64,000 nt of DNA from Octopus vulgaris (GCA_951406725.2 OX597825.1:83948001-84012000), one strand, 5' to 3'. Positions 13,499 through 30,142 are shown, numbered from the stretch's first letter. Program-made: numbers and translations. The notes: a model not told the origin generated them from the sequence alone.

Positions 13499-14654
13499 AC
13501 AAGTTTGAGTTAAAAGATTTTTTTTTCTTTTTCAAGTTTTAATAAATGGTTCAAACGAATTACATACGAAAAGAATTTACTCATCAAAATATATCCTATC
13601 ATATTCTATTGTCTGTCGAGATTTTTGTGCCAAAAACTCAATTCCATGCTTCTACCATTTGGCTGGCTTAGAAGCAAAACCTGCATTCCTTTTCAACTTC
13701 ATTTATATTGTTGAACCTCCGTCAGTGCAGAAAATGATCCATGCCTCGGAAAAGGTGGTGATCTGATGGTGCGAGGTCTATACCGTAGGCAGAGTTAGGC
13801 AGCACTTCCATTTCTCAAGTTTTTCAAAGTTGCAAAGTTGCGCTGGATCACTATCATACTGTATGAGTACGCATCTTCGGTTGAGCAATGCCGAGTGGCA
13901 GACTTTCAAAACTTCATATATTAGCTCCAGTTGTTGAGCATAAAGCATAGTGTTCCCTTTGCATCATGATATTGAGACGGGTTCAAAGTGCAACACCTCT
14001 TGAAATTCCACCAAACACACAACATAACCTTTTGTTCAAACCGCTCTTTTTATCCCCATTTACAATTCGACACCGAAAACTAACATCTCGAGGATTTACC
14101 AGCTGTTGCCTGCAAATGTCGTTGAACCTGGTTATTGGTCACTTTATGAGGAGCTTCTTGACAGTGTGTTCAGAAAGCCGTATTTATGGAAGTGTCGAAT
14201 GATGTTCTTTGTGAATAACCAAGTTCTGCCAACAATGTACGAGTGCTGGCGTTCAACCATTTTAAACAAGGCCACATCTTCCTCAACAGAAGCCCTCTCT
14301 GATCTTGCTTTGTCTTTGAGGTTGGTGCCACCTTCCTTAAAACGTCCGAACCAGTTTTGTGCCACGCGTTTGCTGACAGTTCACGGATCTTTTACATCAT
14401 TTATTCCTTTTGCCGCTACCTTTGTCCTCTGTCCTTTCTTTTTCCACGCGTATCGTAAAATGGCTCTAATAACAATTTTTCGCCACTCATTATCGAAGCA
14501 GTAACGTAAACAATAGACAATTAATGTTTATGTTATATGTGAAAATAAAAGATAAACAATTCAGCAACGATCGAACAAGTAGCAAATTATCGATATAAGA
14601 TGGGGATACAAAACTAATCAGTGAAAATCGGAAAAAACTTTTGACTCAACCTGA
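13499..14654 (-). mobile_element. decayed mariner element (second family)
   Basis: Relics NWFGRFKEG and DLAPSDHHLFRGMDHFL; TIR TCAGGTTGAGTCAAAAGTTTTT at 14654 with a degraded mate near 13500. Confidence 0.85.
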
Positions 14655-15389
14655 TATCTTTAACCTTATTATGGTTAAATGGAGAAGGCAGCCAAATGCA
14701 TTCTTTTAACGAATAGAAATTGAAACTCTGACAGACTTTGGAAAGTGAAAGTGAAAGCAAAATGCATTTTAGAAACGTTAACGATTAATTGGCTTTCAAA
14801 TAGATAGGATTCTCTCTCCCCTCTCTCCCCTCTCTCCCCTCTTCCTCCCTCTCTCTTTCTCCCTCTCCCTCCCTCTCTCTCTCCCTCTCTCTCCCCCTCT
14901 CCACACGCAAACACACAATATTTCTGGAAAATTGGAGAGAATGAGAGGGAAAGAAAGGGAGAAAAAGAGAATGAGAAAGACAGGCAGATGAGAGGTTCTT
15001 TGTATGAATATATTTATGAAAGTCTCTCTCTCATTCTCTCTTTCCCTCTCTCCCTCTCTCTCTTTCTCTCTCATTCTACGCATATATATATGTGTGTGTG
15101 TGTGTGTGTATGTGTGTGTGCGTATATATATATACATGCACGCACGCACACACACACACACATTTATGCGCGCACATATACACACATATATGTATGTATG
15201 TATGTGTGTGTGTGTGTGTATGTATATATATCGACGAGTTACAGAGAATATAAATAAAAACAACTTTCTGTTAGATTTTCTATAATTAATGGAATGAGCA
15301 ACACTCCCTGCTTATTATTTTTAAAAATCCATTATTATCTATTAATTAGATTTCATTATGTGTGTGTGTGTAATTGTGAATAGAAAAAC

Positions 15390-16340
15390 TAATAATAAAC
15401 CTTATTTTTTTATTGGCCACAAGGTCCTACGCAGACAGTACAAAACCTATCCTACAGAAGAGAGGTACACTGCATCACCAATCCGACTCACATTCTTTCT
15501 GCTCTCTCAAAGGAATATAAGTATTTCTCTTAAATAGCCTTGCAGTGTTCGAAGGGTCATTAGGAGCAGATTTTCCATGCAGACCCACATGACCTTGTTT
15601 TACAGATGAATTCAGTATTCACTGCACGTCCGTAGTATTTTTGTCAAAGCTGGCATAATGCCAAAGATTCGAGATCCCTACTAGTATATCTGTCTGTGAT
15701 CCGAATGTTTGTGAGGCTCATATTTTCTTACGCTATCGTGTGAGCATCATTGTGGCGCGCCAGATCGACGTGTATCATCACTTAGTTTTCGGTTTTAAAT
15801 ACCTTGTACATGCTTCTCATATGCTCTTCCCCGATCGAGTACACGTCCCGCAACACATCTGCTGGGGCCTGTTCCAGTTCTTTGATCAAGACCATATGGA
15901 AGTCCTTAATTATTTGTATATGTCACTATCATACTTATCCTTATCTGGATGAATTCGTCGGGAGATGAAGCACTATCTATTGTCACAAAGCCCCTTCTAT
16001 TCGTCTCTTTTTGCATGAGCTCGCTCAAGTCCTTTCTATTGCACACTGTTGTCGTATGCTACTTTGTCGTTGTTCATGTTGTCATTGTGGTTGATACTCT
16101 CTGCTTTGCGTTCAAATCAATATTTCCAATACTATTCGTTTTATTTTCCATTGTACAAGTGTGTCAAGATCTGGAACTCCGGTGTCACTGTAATGCTATC
16201 GGGTCCACTTCGTGCAGCACTAGCCGTTATGTGGGTATGACTCTACCGTTTAGTATCATCGACGATCCTGAAAAGCGGAAAGATCCAACCACAAGATTTG
16301 TCACTTTCAACAGACCAAGTCATACATGCCAACATCTTTA
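15390..16340 (-). mobile_element. probable highly degraded LINE fragment
   Basis: Higher-complexity block with no intact ORF, ending in an A-rich tail on the minus strand; family not identifiable. Confidence 0.3.
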
Positions 16341-17261
16341 GAGGACAAGCAAATAATTTTTACCCCCTGTTTTCATGAGGTAACGATATGTTAAATTTCT
16401 CTTTAGGATAAAATTTTCGAGCAAAGACATAACCTCCTTTGTAACATACCCTTACCAAAATTGTTTCACCAACGAGGCTCTGTTTAAGTGTAATATTTCT
16501 TTGTTTGGTGCAACGTTTATGAAAGTGAGTAGAAAATTACGTTTGTGTTGTTATTACGTGAGTTGTTGACATTGCTTTCTTAATATTCATACCAGAAAAA
16601 AAAAGATTGGAATTGTCTTAACATTTTTTTTGTTTTTTCAAACTGCTAATATTTTCTCCAACAATATTTTCATACATTTTGGTTTGATTTGCTTTTGGAG
16701 GTTGCTTTTGTTTGTTTCTGTGTTTGCTGAGCTTTTTATTTATTTATTTTTTTTTTGTCTGTTCCAAGGATTTTTCGAAATGTTTGTGTAGAAATCTTTG
16801 CTGTTATATCATTGTCGTTAATTCCGTCGTCATCGTCGTCTTTGTTGTTATTAAGCGATTCGCTATCAACACTGGAATTTCGTAGAAAAATCATAGTTTT
16901 TATTTTTGCTTTGAAATTATTAATATTTTTGCTTCACAATGTTTTTTCAAATATTTTCTTTTTGTCTTTTTATTTTCTATTTTGTGTATTTTGTGTATAA
17001 AACCAAGAGCATTTGCCTGTTTCACAGGGCGTGTCCCGATGACTTTGTCATTTGAATGACGGCTAACATAAATTAACCGTTAAAAAATGTCTTTCTTTTT
17101 TTTTTACTTAATATGAAAGAAAATCTAAATAAAATCTGCTCTCGTCTTTTCAGTTAATTCCAAACGTTTCAAAGAGAAAAAAGTCATCCAAAGTTTGAAA
17201 ACAATGATCACATAATGCAATCTGTAACGAGTCACAGACAAGCCATCTTGTCTCGGCGGAA

Positions 17262-17998
<737 letters not shown>

Positions 17999-18070
17999 TA
18001 ATAATAATAATAATAATAATGATAATAATAATAATAATAATAAGAAGAAGAAGAAGAAGAAGAAGAAGAA

Positions 18071-18697
18071 CAAAGCCATTAGAACAAATCTGATAAAAGC
18101 AACGATCGAAAAACTCAGTCAGACAACAAATGTAGAATCTGCAGGAAAGGAGACGAAAGTATCAATCACCTTTTGAGTGGGTGCAGTATACTAGCACAAA
18201 AAGAGTGTAAGTGTAGACATGACTGTGTAGACAAAGGAGAGCACTGGGATGCTAGCTGAATGCGTGGCTTCAAAAATAACAGAATAGCAGCATGAACACG
18301 AATCAGAGGCTGTGATAGAAAACGAAAATTACAAGAACCCGTAGGGTTTCCTCGTAAAAACTGACCATACCTTTGAAGCAAGAAGACCGGGTATGATCAT
18401 AAAGAGGGAAATATACAAACAGTGTAAGATCATAGATTTTGCAGTTTCCTATGATATAAGAGTCGATACCAAAGAAACTGGAAAAAAATTAGAAATATCA
18501 GGATCTAACCAGGAAACAGGGAGATTGTGGAAGACCAAGACAATAACTATTTCTGTAGAATTTGATGCACCAAGTGCCACACCTAAAATTCTACCTAAAA
18601 GAGTGAAAGCGATTGGGACTGAAACTTTTAGAACTTGCTTTGTCGACCTGCATAAAAGTACCCCATCTTATATTCTGCAATGATCCCTGGCTTCTTG
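18071..18697 (+). mobile_element. older, degraded R4/Dong-like 3' fragment
   Basis: CCHC knuckle relic KCRICRKGDESINHLLSGC, then RRPGMII...CKIIDFAVSYD; followed by (TAA)n. Confidence 0.8.
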
Positions 18698-18713
18698 TAA
18701 TGATAATAATAAT

Positions 18714-18781
<68 letters not shown>

Positions 18782-18987
18782 TAATAATAATAATAATAAT
18801 AATCCTTTCTACTATAGGCACAAGGCCTGAAATTTGTGGGGAGGAAGATAGTCGATCACATCAACTCTAGTACTTAACTGATACTTAATTTATCGACCCC
18901 GAAAGGATGAAAGGCAAAGTCGACCTCTTATTTGATCTCAGAACCTGAAGGCGAACGAAATACCGCTAAGCATTGTGCCCGGCTCGC

Positions 18988-19044
<57 letters not shown>

Positions 19045-19045
<1 letters not shown>

Positions 19046-19466
19046 GAGTGAGAGAGCAGTGCATGCCATCAAAATGACACTGGAGTAAAATATACGAAGC
19101 CTCGTATACCCATCATGACTACCCGTCTGATAAGGGTACATTAGGCACATGCATCACAACCATATGTGCGCGACATGGTGATCTCTTATCAAGATAAACA
19201 GCACATGACCTTGCAGGTGGGGCCCAGTTAGAATTTTCTTCAGGTCGAGTAACCCATCCCACTCAAAAGGTCCCTGAATAAGGTTTGTTTAAGGATGATG
19301 AACGAAACACCCATGTTTCCAAAGGTGAATTATTTAAAATCCCAAAGAATCCCTCTCAACACATGGCTATGATGCTCTCCCCCACTACTTCTGCTCGTGA
19401 TCAGAGATGCACATATCGTCAGCCACTAAGGGACATGCTCAACTGGTTACGGTCAAACAACTGACA
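19045..19466 (-). mobile_element. family C retroposon, 5'-truncated
   Basis: Shares the 3' end with the 38106 copy; lies inside a (TTA)n array. Confidence 0.85.
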
Positions 19467-19945
<479 letters not shown>

Positions 19946-20669
19946 ATGCTGGTGCCGCAATTCCAGTTATGTTGCTGTGTCTCTACTCAGATTTGTTGTC
20001 TTCATTAATGTTATATGAATTGTAATCATTTTCAAACCATAAATGATAAATGTTTTTGCCTTTTTTTTAATCATTTTCACTTAGTTATTCCTCCATTTTG
20101 TTTTCGTATTTGCGTGTGTATGTATGTGTATGTATGTGTATGTATGTGTATGTATGTGTGTGCATGTATTTATGTGTGTGAGTTTATTATTTTATATTTT
20201 TTTAATTTATTCTCATTTTCTTTTTCTTTTTTTTTTTTTTCAAAATTTCCGGAAACGATCTATTTGTCATGAAATGTGGGGGTTGGAAAATTTGATGTAT
20301 GTGATAAGCATTGGTGCATAAAGCAAATTGCAAAGCAAGCTGTTGCCATTAGAGATGTTTCACACATCCGGCCCTAAGTGTTTTGCATCCGAATAAACTA
20401 TAGGTATGATCTTATTGTCCACCTCTGCACTCTAAACCACAAAGCTACTCGACAATTTACAATTAGTTCTGCTGCCGCAACAACACCGACACACAATGGT
20501 TCTCTTCGGCTTTTCGGAGTTTGCTGTTGTTGCTGTTGTTGTTGTTATTTTCTGTATGAAGGTGGAGGCTGGCGGTTTTTTTTCTCTTGTTTGTACTTGC
20601 TCTGCCGTATACAATTCAGGTGGGAGGAGGAGGCGTTTAATGCCTATGTCGGAATAGGAACTTGATTAG

Positions 20670-20689
20670 TATATATATATATATATACA

Positions 20690-20725
<36 letters not shown>

Positions 20726-20751
20726 TACATACATGCATACATATATATATG

Positions 20752-20782
<31 letters not shown>

Positions 20783-21430
20783 GCATATATATGTGTGTGT
20801 GCAAACATACATTCATACATACACATACATACATTCATTATATACATACATACATTCATACATACACTGTACATTTATGCATACATACATAAATACATTC
20901 AAACATTCATACACACATACATATATATATATAGACACACATATACACATATACACATATACAGATACACACATATACACATATGCACATGTACCTATAT
21001 ACACATATACACATATACACATACACACATGTACACATATACAGATACACACATATACACATATACACATACACATATACACAAATACATATATGCACAT
21101 ACACACATATATACATATACACATACACATATACACACATATACACATATACACATACATACATATACACATATACACATACACACATACACACATACAC
21201 ACATACACACTTATACACATATACGCATACACACATACACACTTGTACACATATACACATACACATATACACACATATACACATATACACATACATACAT
21301 ATACACATATACACATACACACATACACACATACACACATACACACTTATACACATATACGCATACACACATACACACTTGTACACATATACACATACAC
21401 ATATACACACATATACACATATACACGTAC
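20670..21430. repeat. (TACA)n/(TACACA)n compound microsatellite
   Basis: Read directly from sequence. Confidence 0.9.
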
Positions 21431-21686
21431 ATAGATATGTCCGAAGCGATGGATGTGCTTTCACGTTCACTAAACTTTAAACATGAGGAACTGAATCAAT
21501 TTGCCACTCAAAATATATGTGCGTATATATGCATACATATGTGCATATATATGCATACATGTGTGCGTATATGTGCGTATGTACGTATGGATGTATGCAT
21601 GCATGTATGTATGTCATATCCTGAACATATATACACACATGGTTGGCGTCAGGACACGCAGTAGAATTACTGTGAGCGACCGTATC

Positions 21687-21866
21687 AGGACAATTACCCT
21701 AGGACAATCCCCCCTCCAAAGACAACTACCCTCTAGGACAATTACCCCTCCCCCTTAGTTAATTACCCCCACTCCAGTATATTAAGAAGTCTTAAATCAA
21801 CGTGTGTTGTCCTCAGGAGTAATTGTCCTTGGTGGGGTTGCTATCCATGGAGGATAAATGTCCTAG
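21687..21866. repeat. MITE-like element with aggacaattaccc subrepeats in direct and inverted orientation
   Basis: Four direct copies followed by reverse-complement copies (gtaattgtcct). Confidence 0.5.
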
Positions 21867-22195
21867 ACTCAGAGCGACGGACCCCTAGCTGTTGTCACAG
21901 CACCCTTCTAGGAGAGGGACACTCTGATGCAAAATCTGCACCTTCATATGTTTACTGGTCATCTCGTTTCTGCCTGTCACCAGGTACTCACTCCTTGCGG
22001 AGACCTCCGAGTGGTCCCCGTATTATATGATCGTTTATCACTATAATCCAAAGACGTAACCAGCGGGGTGCAGCCCTAACCAGTTTGAAGTGCATAATGA
22101 GTTACAACTTCCGTCTGTCACTTATCTACTCGCTAATCACAGTAAAAAAAAAATACTTTCACTGATATTGCTAAAAGTCTACCTAGCGAAATATA

Positions 22196-22416
22196 AATTC
22201 GGTGTACGCAAGTGCAATAATATTAAATTAAAATAGACATCTGTGTCTCATACTTAATGTTAATTCACGATTTAAAGGCATGATGTTGTGGTTTTGAAAA
22301 TATTTTCTCTCAGACAAATAGCACAACACCATGCTTCGCAGCGATGTATATACTTTAAATATGATACATAGATAGCAATTTTACTGTAACGTTATCTCAA
22401 CTACGTACACCGAATT
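22196..22416. mobile_element. MITE with TIR aattcggtgtacg / cgtacaccgaatt
   Basis: 13-bp perfect inverted termini. Confidence 0.55.
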
Positions 22417-23028
22417 ATTTATATATATATATATATATAATGCCTGCTGATTAATAAAGTATTACTTCCCTAATGATTAATATATTGTTTCTTATTAGTA
22501 GTCACACTAATTAAAGAGAAAAATTATGACTGAGAAGTTGAAATTATTATCTCTCTTGAGAAAATTAAACTTAAAGACATAAAGAGCCTCGAGTGAAATA
22601 AACTTCAGTTTGTCGAAGGAAATATATTAGTATAGCTTACGATTAATAATAGACCAGGAGATATAACTGGAAATAAACAAGATCAAGTATACTGGTATAA
22701 CAAGAGGCTAACGATAGACCAGCACAGATATACTAATATCTGTGCTGGTCTAATGATAGTCACAAATATACAAGTATATATTATGACTGACGATAGACCA
22801 GTATAATATAGTATAAAACTAATGGTCGGAAGATCGCGGTTTCGATTCCCAGACCAGGCGTTGTGTGTGTTTATTGATCGAAAACACCTAAAGCTCCACG
22901 AAGCTCCGACAAGGAATAAGTCCTGGGGTCGATTTGCTCGACTAAAGGTGGTGCTCCAGCATGGCCACAGTCAAATGACTGAAACAAGTAAAAGAGTAAA
23001 GAGTGTACGAGGGGATGGTGGTACTGAA

Positions 23029-23107
<79 letters not shown>

Positions 23108-26100
23108 CATATAGGCGGGCTTCTTTCAGTTTCCGTCAACCAAATCCACTCACAAGGCTTTGGTTGGTCCGAGGCTATATTAGAAGACACTTGCCCAAGG
23201 TGTCACGTAGTGGGACTGAACCCGGAACCATGTGGTTGGTAAGCAAGCTACTTACCACACAGCTACTCGTACAGTTATCGACAATCTCTCCAATATTAAT
23301 ATTATTATGCTTAGTTATTCTTGTCTCAATAACTTTGCTTCCAATTTTCAATATTTTCAATATTCTTGTCCAGGGAACAGTAATTCCAAGACCTCAACCA
23401 TAAACCGAGAATGCAACTAGACAACCCTTCACCAAAACCAGCTCGTAAATTCAGAAACCTTTCACTCTTCACGACTAGAGAATGGCAGTTTCTCAAAATA
23501 ATAATATACAAAGAAACGAAAACTCACTTTTGTGATATCAAACAACCAGCATCCACATAAATTATATACGCACATACATGTATTGATATATGTATATTAA
23601 TGTGTAATGACTATATATTCTTATTCTAGAATATCTTAATCAAAGAGTGGTAGAAACAGTAGATTCTCTCTAATGGCTTTGGCGAATCTAATTACGTTCA
23701 AATTTCAAATTCCTTCTCAAGGTCGATAAAATAAATACCAGTTATGTATTGGGAACGATTAGGTCGACTTGTCTTCTTTCTCAAAAATATGAGACTTTCT
23801 GCCAAATCTGAGAAAATATTATTTTACATAATTCCAGAATATTTTATAAATATTCTTTATTGATTTATTCAACATTTTCCGATGACTTATAAGATTTAAA
23901 ATACAATTTTGATAAAAGTCTGCATTAGAACATTATTTTAATTTTATATTTCTTATTAATAAAATATTTTTTATTCATGTACAATCGGACGCTTAAATAA
24001 CACGGTGTATATCATGTTTACGTCAAATTCTTTTTCCACAATATATTTTCCGATTTCTTTTTAAAAAAAAAAATTCTTGTGTAAATTATGCTTCGAAATA
24101 TTCGAAATAAAAGATTACCTGTTTAAATCCAACTCGATGTTTTTTTTTTTAATTCAATGATGAAATATTTTGTGAAAATTGTGCAAAATTATGGAGAAAG
24201 AAAAAAAAAAGCATTATGAAAAAAATCTTTTGTTGCAGAACTTTTGCACAGAACTGCGGGCTTTTTTTTTTAGGTTTTTTTTTATGCATATTTTTTTACC
24301 AATATAATGGAAAGAAAGTTCATATTAAACAATAACATTAAAACCAAAGAGGAAATTCAAAGAGAATTTGAAATTTTGTAACTGAAAGGAAAATCCATCT
24401 AAAGGATCTGATTGAAATTGGTGCTATTTCTGTCATCTCTGTTATAGTTGCTATGGAACAGAATAGCTTCCATGTTATTGCAATCTGAGATTTAAATGTA
24501 TATGTGTTCGTGTACATGTGTGCGAGCGCGTGTATTTATATATGTATGTATATATGTATGTATTATGTATGTATGTATGTGTGTATGTATGTATGTATGT
24601 ATGTTCTGTTGGTTATAGTTGTCAAATTTCTCCCCAATAGAGAAAGAACCAAACTCCAAACCAGAACCAAGTTTCTTTCATTACTATTTTGGCAATATCA
24701 ATTAGATGGTAGTCTATATGAGTCTATATGTATATATGCATAGATCACATGTATGAATGCATGAGTCTATGTATCTATTATCGATGTACGTGTGTGTGTG
24801 TGTGTAGTTATATGCGTTTTCGCACGTATGGATGTCATTGTGAGCACAATATCTCATGTGTGGAGATATTTGTGCACATGTATATACGTTTATATGTGTG
24901 TATGTTTATATGTGTATATTGTGTATATGTGTGTGAATGCATCTGTGTATGTGTATATGTTTGTATGTATAGATCTATTTACACACATGCCTGCATGTTT
25001 GTGCGCGTCTATGGGTGTTGTGTGGGCATACATGCTTGCACGTGTACATCTACCTGCGGTTGTGTCTGTATATCATTAGGTTTGAATGTATAAGTACGTA
25101 GACCTATGTTTATGTATCTGTATGCGTGTATAGTATTAGATCGCTTTGCGTACCTCTCGTAATATATAATCCAGTATAACCTGTTACATAACTGAATCAC
25201 TAACCTGATGATGAAAAGAGCTACTAGACGGCCAGCTGGACTAGAAGATCTGTCGGTGAAAGAGAGGCGCTATAAAACTACTTTCGTAATGTTGTGTCCT
25301 CTATTTTCTGATCAGAACATTTGTCTCGCACTGTTACATAAGGTTACCTAGTCGTGGTTAAGGTGACACATCTACAACGTCCTTCTAATTTATGGGCGAC
25401 TAGAGGAAGGTTAGAAAAGTATATTCGTAAGAAAAAAAATTTATGGTGGTTGCCTTTAAAACGTTTCCAAAGACTGAACTACCAGCGGCGTTTTTGACAA
25501 TGTGAGAAAGTACCAAATCTCTTCTGTCGTCCGTTCTACGGGATTTTCTCTCTTCACAACAAATATAGTAATGCTTGGAACTGTACATCTTCCGACTCCA
25601 CAACTAGGTCACATTGTGTGGGTGTCTGCAACAATCTGAGGCGTGGGCCTTGGGCGTTAGGGGTGATGATTGATGTTACGGCGGTCGGAGTATTATGTCT
25701 GCTTGCGACGATGAAATATCGCCACTTTCGTAGTCTCCTTGCTCTTGTGGGCCGGACCCGTGGAAGGTGTAGCATGGGCGAAAGAGGTGTTAAATACTCC
25801 GATCAACCTCACTGCTATATCTTCCGTTACCGTTGCTCTTTAAGAAGTATAATCATCAAATGGTCCATAATTGAAGGAGACGATCGCCATCGAATCTGAT
25901 GTAAAACCGAAATTCGAACTGAAATCGAAAATCTTTAAAATTACCGATTTAAATCTGTATTGTTGTTGTCTTACATTTATTGAATTTCGATTTCAATTCA
26001 GATGTATATTTCGAGGTTTTTTTTTTTTTTTACTGTTTTATATTCAATCTCTTGATTTTCTTTTCTTTATTGATTTGATTGGTTCTTCGATTTCTTGTTT

Positions 26101-26188
26101 ATGAAACTATCTCAGGAGTTTCATCGATTTTGAATCTCAAATCAAAATAAAGGAAGCAGCTAATATGTCTGATAAAACAAAAACTTGT

Positions 26189-26366
26189 ATCGAAGTTGCT
26201 ATTTTTGTGTTGAAAGCAGAGAAAACGCAAGCTGTTGTCATAAAAAGAGGCCATGTTTGACACAAATCCCGTCCTTGAATCGAAATTACTATTTTTGTGT
26301 CGAAAACAGAGTAAAAGAAAAGTTCCATCGCATAAAAAGAGGCCATATTTGGCACAAAGCCCGTAC
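26189..26366. repeat. diverged tandem duplication of about 90 bp
   Basis: atcgaa.tt.ctatttttgtgt.gaaa.caga...cataaaaagaggccat.tttg.cacaaa.cccgt occurs twice. Confidence 0.8.
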
Positions 26367-27256
26367 TAAAACTCAGATCGATCAACTTGATTGATGCAAA
26401 TGAGATTGAACACCAGCATGCCGTAGGTGACCGCTCCGTCGATCACCTATGATCGTCTAGCACCTTGCTGATTCAGTCATGCGCACTGTTTCTTTCTGTT
26501 TGTTGATAATCTGTAAATGTAGCACCAAACGATAATTAGAAATCTTTGGGAAAAAAGCAAAAGCTGTTGGCTGCATTTGAAAATATCTCTTATTGATTGC
26601 TCCATCTTCGCATTCATCTTTAGGTAATCTTTCAGTTGTCAAATTTGTGTATGGCTTAGTACGAGTAGGGGTGAGGTATTATCCATGATCGTTTGTGGGG
26701 ATTTCAAGATTGCTGGATAGAAGAAGAAAAAAAGAGGAAGAAAAAGCCACAAGCCATGTCTTACCACAATGAGAAATAGTGAATCGAGATATCGATTTAT
26801 ATCCAGATCGAAGAATCTAGACTGAGTGATTGCAACTAATTGGACTCTGTTAAAGGTATCCATACTGGTCTGGCACCGGTCGGCTGATGATGTCAAATGA
26901 CGGATTAAGTACGCATTCAACCGTTCATCACCAGAGAATATCCATTTATGGGTGGTCAGTTTTATTAACTTACTAAATAACTTCTGCTCCGACCACACTG
27001 TCAATAACAATTAACTTCAGCCCTGAAAACCAGAGAAAAACTACAGAATTCTACAAAGTCTTTGGCTTCGCTAACAATGATTAAACACAGAAAACGGATT
27101 TAAAAAGAAATTCGAATTTATGCCACTCGGACTCTGGAGAATTTTGACCATAAACATCACCACACAACACTGAATATGAATAACGGATTTCTGAATTTCT
27201 TATTTCAAATTCCGACATAGGTTTAACTATCTAATAGCATTATAAAGATAATAGGA

Positions 27257-27475
27257 CAGTCGAGAATCCCTTATCCGAAATTAATGGAACTGAAAGTATT
27301 GTGGAATTTGGGGTTTTCGGATATCAGAATATTTTTATATTTGCATCTATAAAATGGGACAGTTTGAGGATGGGAGCAAAGTCTAAATGCAATATCCATT
27401 AACATTTCCTAATACAGCTAATACATATATACCCTGAATGTAGTTTTATATGCATTTTTCATGAATTTTATTCAT
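27257..27475 (+). mobile_element. Tigger (pogo-like) terminal fragment resembling Tigger4/Zombi/MER46
   Basis: cagtcgagaatcccttatccgaaa...gaggatgggagcaaagtctaaa...cctgaatgtagttttata is colinear with my recollection of that consensus. Confidence 0.55.
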
Positions 27476-27721
27476 CATTTCTAGGTCGATAAAGTAAAGT
27501 AGTAATCGAGGTACTTGGGTCTATGTGATAGACTCGACCTACCCCTAAAATTGCTAACCGTTATGACAACATCTGGTGCCACCATATTTCCATTCAAAGG
27601 TGGAGCCGTTAGAGCATCGGGTAACATGTCTTGTAGAATATTCTGTACGTGTGCATATATGTGTGTGTGTGTGTGTATGTATATATACGTATATATGCAT
27701 ACATGTATGTAGGTATGTATG

Positions 27722-27820
<99 letters not shown>

Positions 27821-28024
27821 GGTTTTCACATAGTATCCGTCTAATAAATTCATTCCCAAGGCCCGGATCTCTTGTTAAAGCCCAAGATGCCGAACAGAGA
27901 GACTGAACACGAAACCTCGTACTTGCAAAGCGAACTTCTTAACCACATAACCATACCAATATACATGCCTACATACATTCATATGTGTGTGTGTGTGTGT
28001 GTTTATATATATATATATATATAT

Positions 28025-28191
<167 letters not shown>

Positions 28192-28366
28192 CGCTATCAG
28201 GAGAAAAAGTATTACAAAAAATGCGATTTATACACATGACATTTTTTATTTTAACTTAATATTTAAAACCATTTATCCATCAAAACGTCATCTAGTTTGA
28301 ATAACCTAACTACAAATAAATAAAATATATACTATCTTCTCTCTCTCTCACTCACTCACTCACTCA

Positions 28367-28472
<106 letters not shown>

Positions 28473-29399
28473 CGTTCTTAATCTTTTAAGTGCAGCCGCT
28501 CGTTTTTATATCATGAATGACGGAAGTATTTCTAAGTTTTTTAAAAATGTTGTCTATTTATATCGAGACTTGTCTTAATCTTGTTGCTGTTCTATGTAAC
28601 GTGACCTGTTCATGGCAGCAATCGTTCTCTTCTCATTAGAAACAATGTTTTAATTCCTTTCCTAAGCTTCGAATAGCCCAACGGTCGTTGATGTAGGTTT
28701 TTTTCTTCATCTATTTTATTTATTTATTTATTTTTTTTTACCTAAAGCATTACTAAAACAGAAACGGTTGTGATTAAAGGGTCAAACAATCACGGAAGAA
28801 TGCTGAAATTTAAGGGAAATGGTAGCATGATTGTTTAGATTAGCCGGTAACCCACGTGATCTGTTATCATGAATGTCCATCACGTGGTGTGTTCTGACGA
28901 ATCAAAGATAGAACCTTGATGTTGTCGCTGAAGTTGCAAAGTATAACAACCCATTCTTTCTCTCTCAGATCACAGCGAACTTTCTTAAATTAAATTAGTC
29001 GGTGCGGTCCTAGATTTTTCTTCTGAATCAGAAATGGTCACAGTCGGAATGCTTTTAACCATAGGTTATGCTCAATCAAGACTAAACTGAGACAGGCAAC
29101 AACAACTACATGTATTCCTCACTAAAACTACGTTCAAGGGAATAGCCTATCACATGTCATGTGGCACAATGTAATTTTACCAGAGAAGTCAGTTTGCAAA
29201 GTTCTTGCATGCTATCCGGGAGGCGAAATATGTCGTTAACCTTATATACTATGTATAACCAGTAGTTGGTACCTTGTGGCTCCAGTTCACCTCTGATTAA
29301 GCTGACCTATCGTAAGCAGTTGGACGAAAGACCTAGGCGCAATCCCAGATCTTTTGATCGAAGTATATCATGGTTTCATCGGTCATCGATCAGATGCCC

Positions 29400-29745
29400 G
29401 CTTTCTGTTTATGGTCCAGCTTGAGAAGATTCTCCAAGGCCTTCTGTGTTGTGTTGTGCTGCTATGCATACAATAAGCCAAGCTCTAAATTCCAGTCCTT
29501 TCTTTGATATCGTCGATCTACAAACGCCTTTCGCCGCTTCTTTTTCTCTTCCCCTGCACACTTCCTGCGAGGGTGGTCTTGCGGGCAAGGACTCGTGTGA
29601 GGGTGGTCTTGCGGGGCAAGGACTCGTGTGAGGGTGGTCTTGCGGGCAAGGACTCGTGTGAGGGTGGTCTTGCGGGGCAAGGGACTCGTGTATGTCCAAA
29701 ATATGATAACCTTGTGAACTTTATTCTCAACAGTAACTATCGCTA
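29400..29745 (-). mobile_element. degraded RTE/BovB-like LINE 3' end with internal 30-bp tandem repeat
   Basis: Relics RLSYFGH and KTTLAGSVQGKRKR...IDDIKERTG. Confidence 0.65.
29569..29690. repeat. 30-32-bp tandem repeat, 4 copies (gagggtggtcttgcgggcaaggactcgtgt)
   Basis: Read directly from sequence. Confidence 0.95.
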
Positions 29746-30108
29746 GTCCTTCAGGCGGCGAGGGGCTGGCAGAAACGTTAGCAGGCCGGGCGAAATGCGT
29801 AACCGTATTTCGTAGTTACTTGCCCTGTTTTCCATTCCGTTTCTCTCGTTCTTTGCGTATTGAACTCATTTGTGTTCGTATTTCGTGTTGACGTCCTGTA
29901 CCCACATATGCATATATATATATATATGTATATATATATGTATGCATAAAAAATTCAGGGTGAATACGTGATCATTGTAAGCACCTGTATATGCCATTTA
30001 GTGGTGTAGGTGATAGAGTATATTTATCAAAATAAAAACATGATGCAAAGGATATATATACATGTATGTATGTATGTATGTATGTATGTATGTATATATG
30101 TATGTATG

Positions 30109-30142
<34 letters not shown>

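Noticed and set aside
25240-27120. Possible second gene in a CG-richer block
   Set aside because: No recognisable protein motif or consistent exon chain; probably old TE debris
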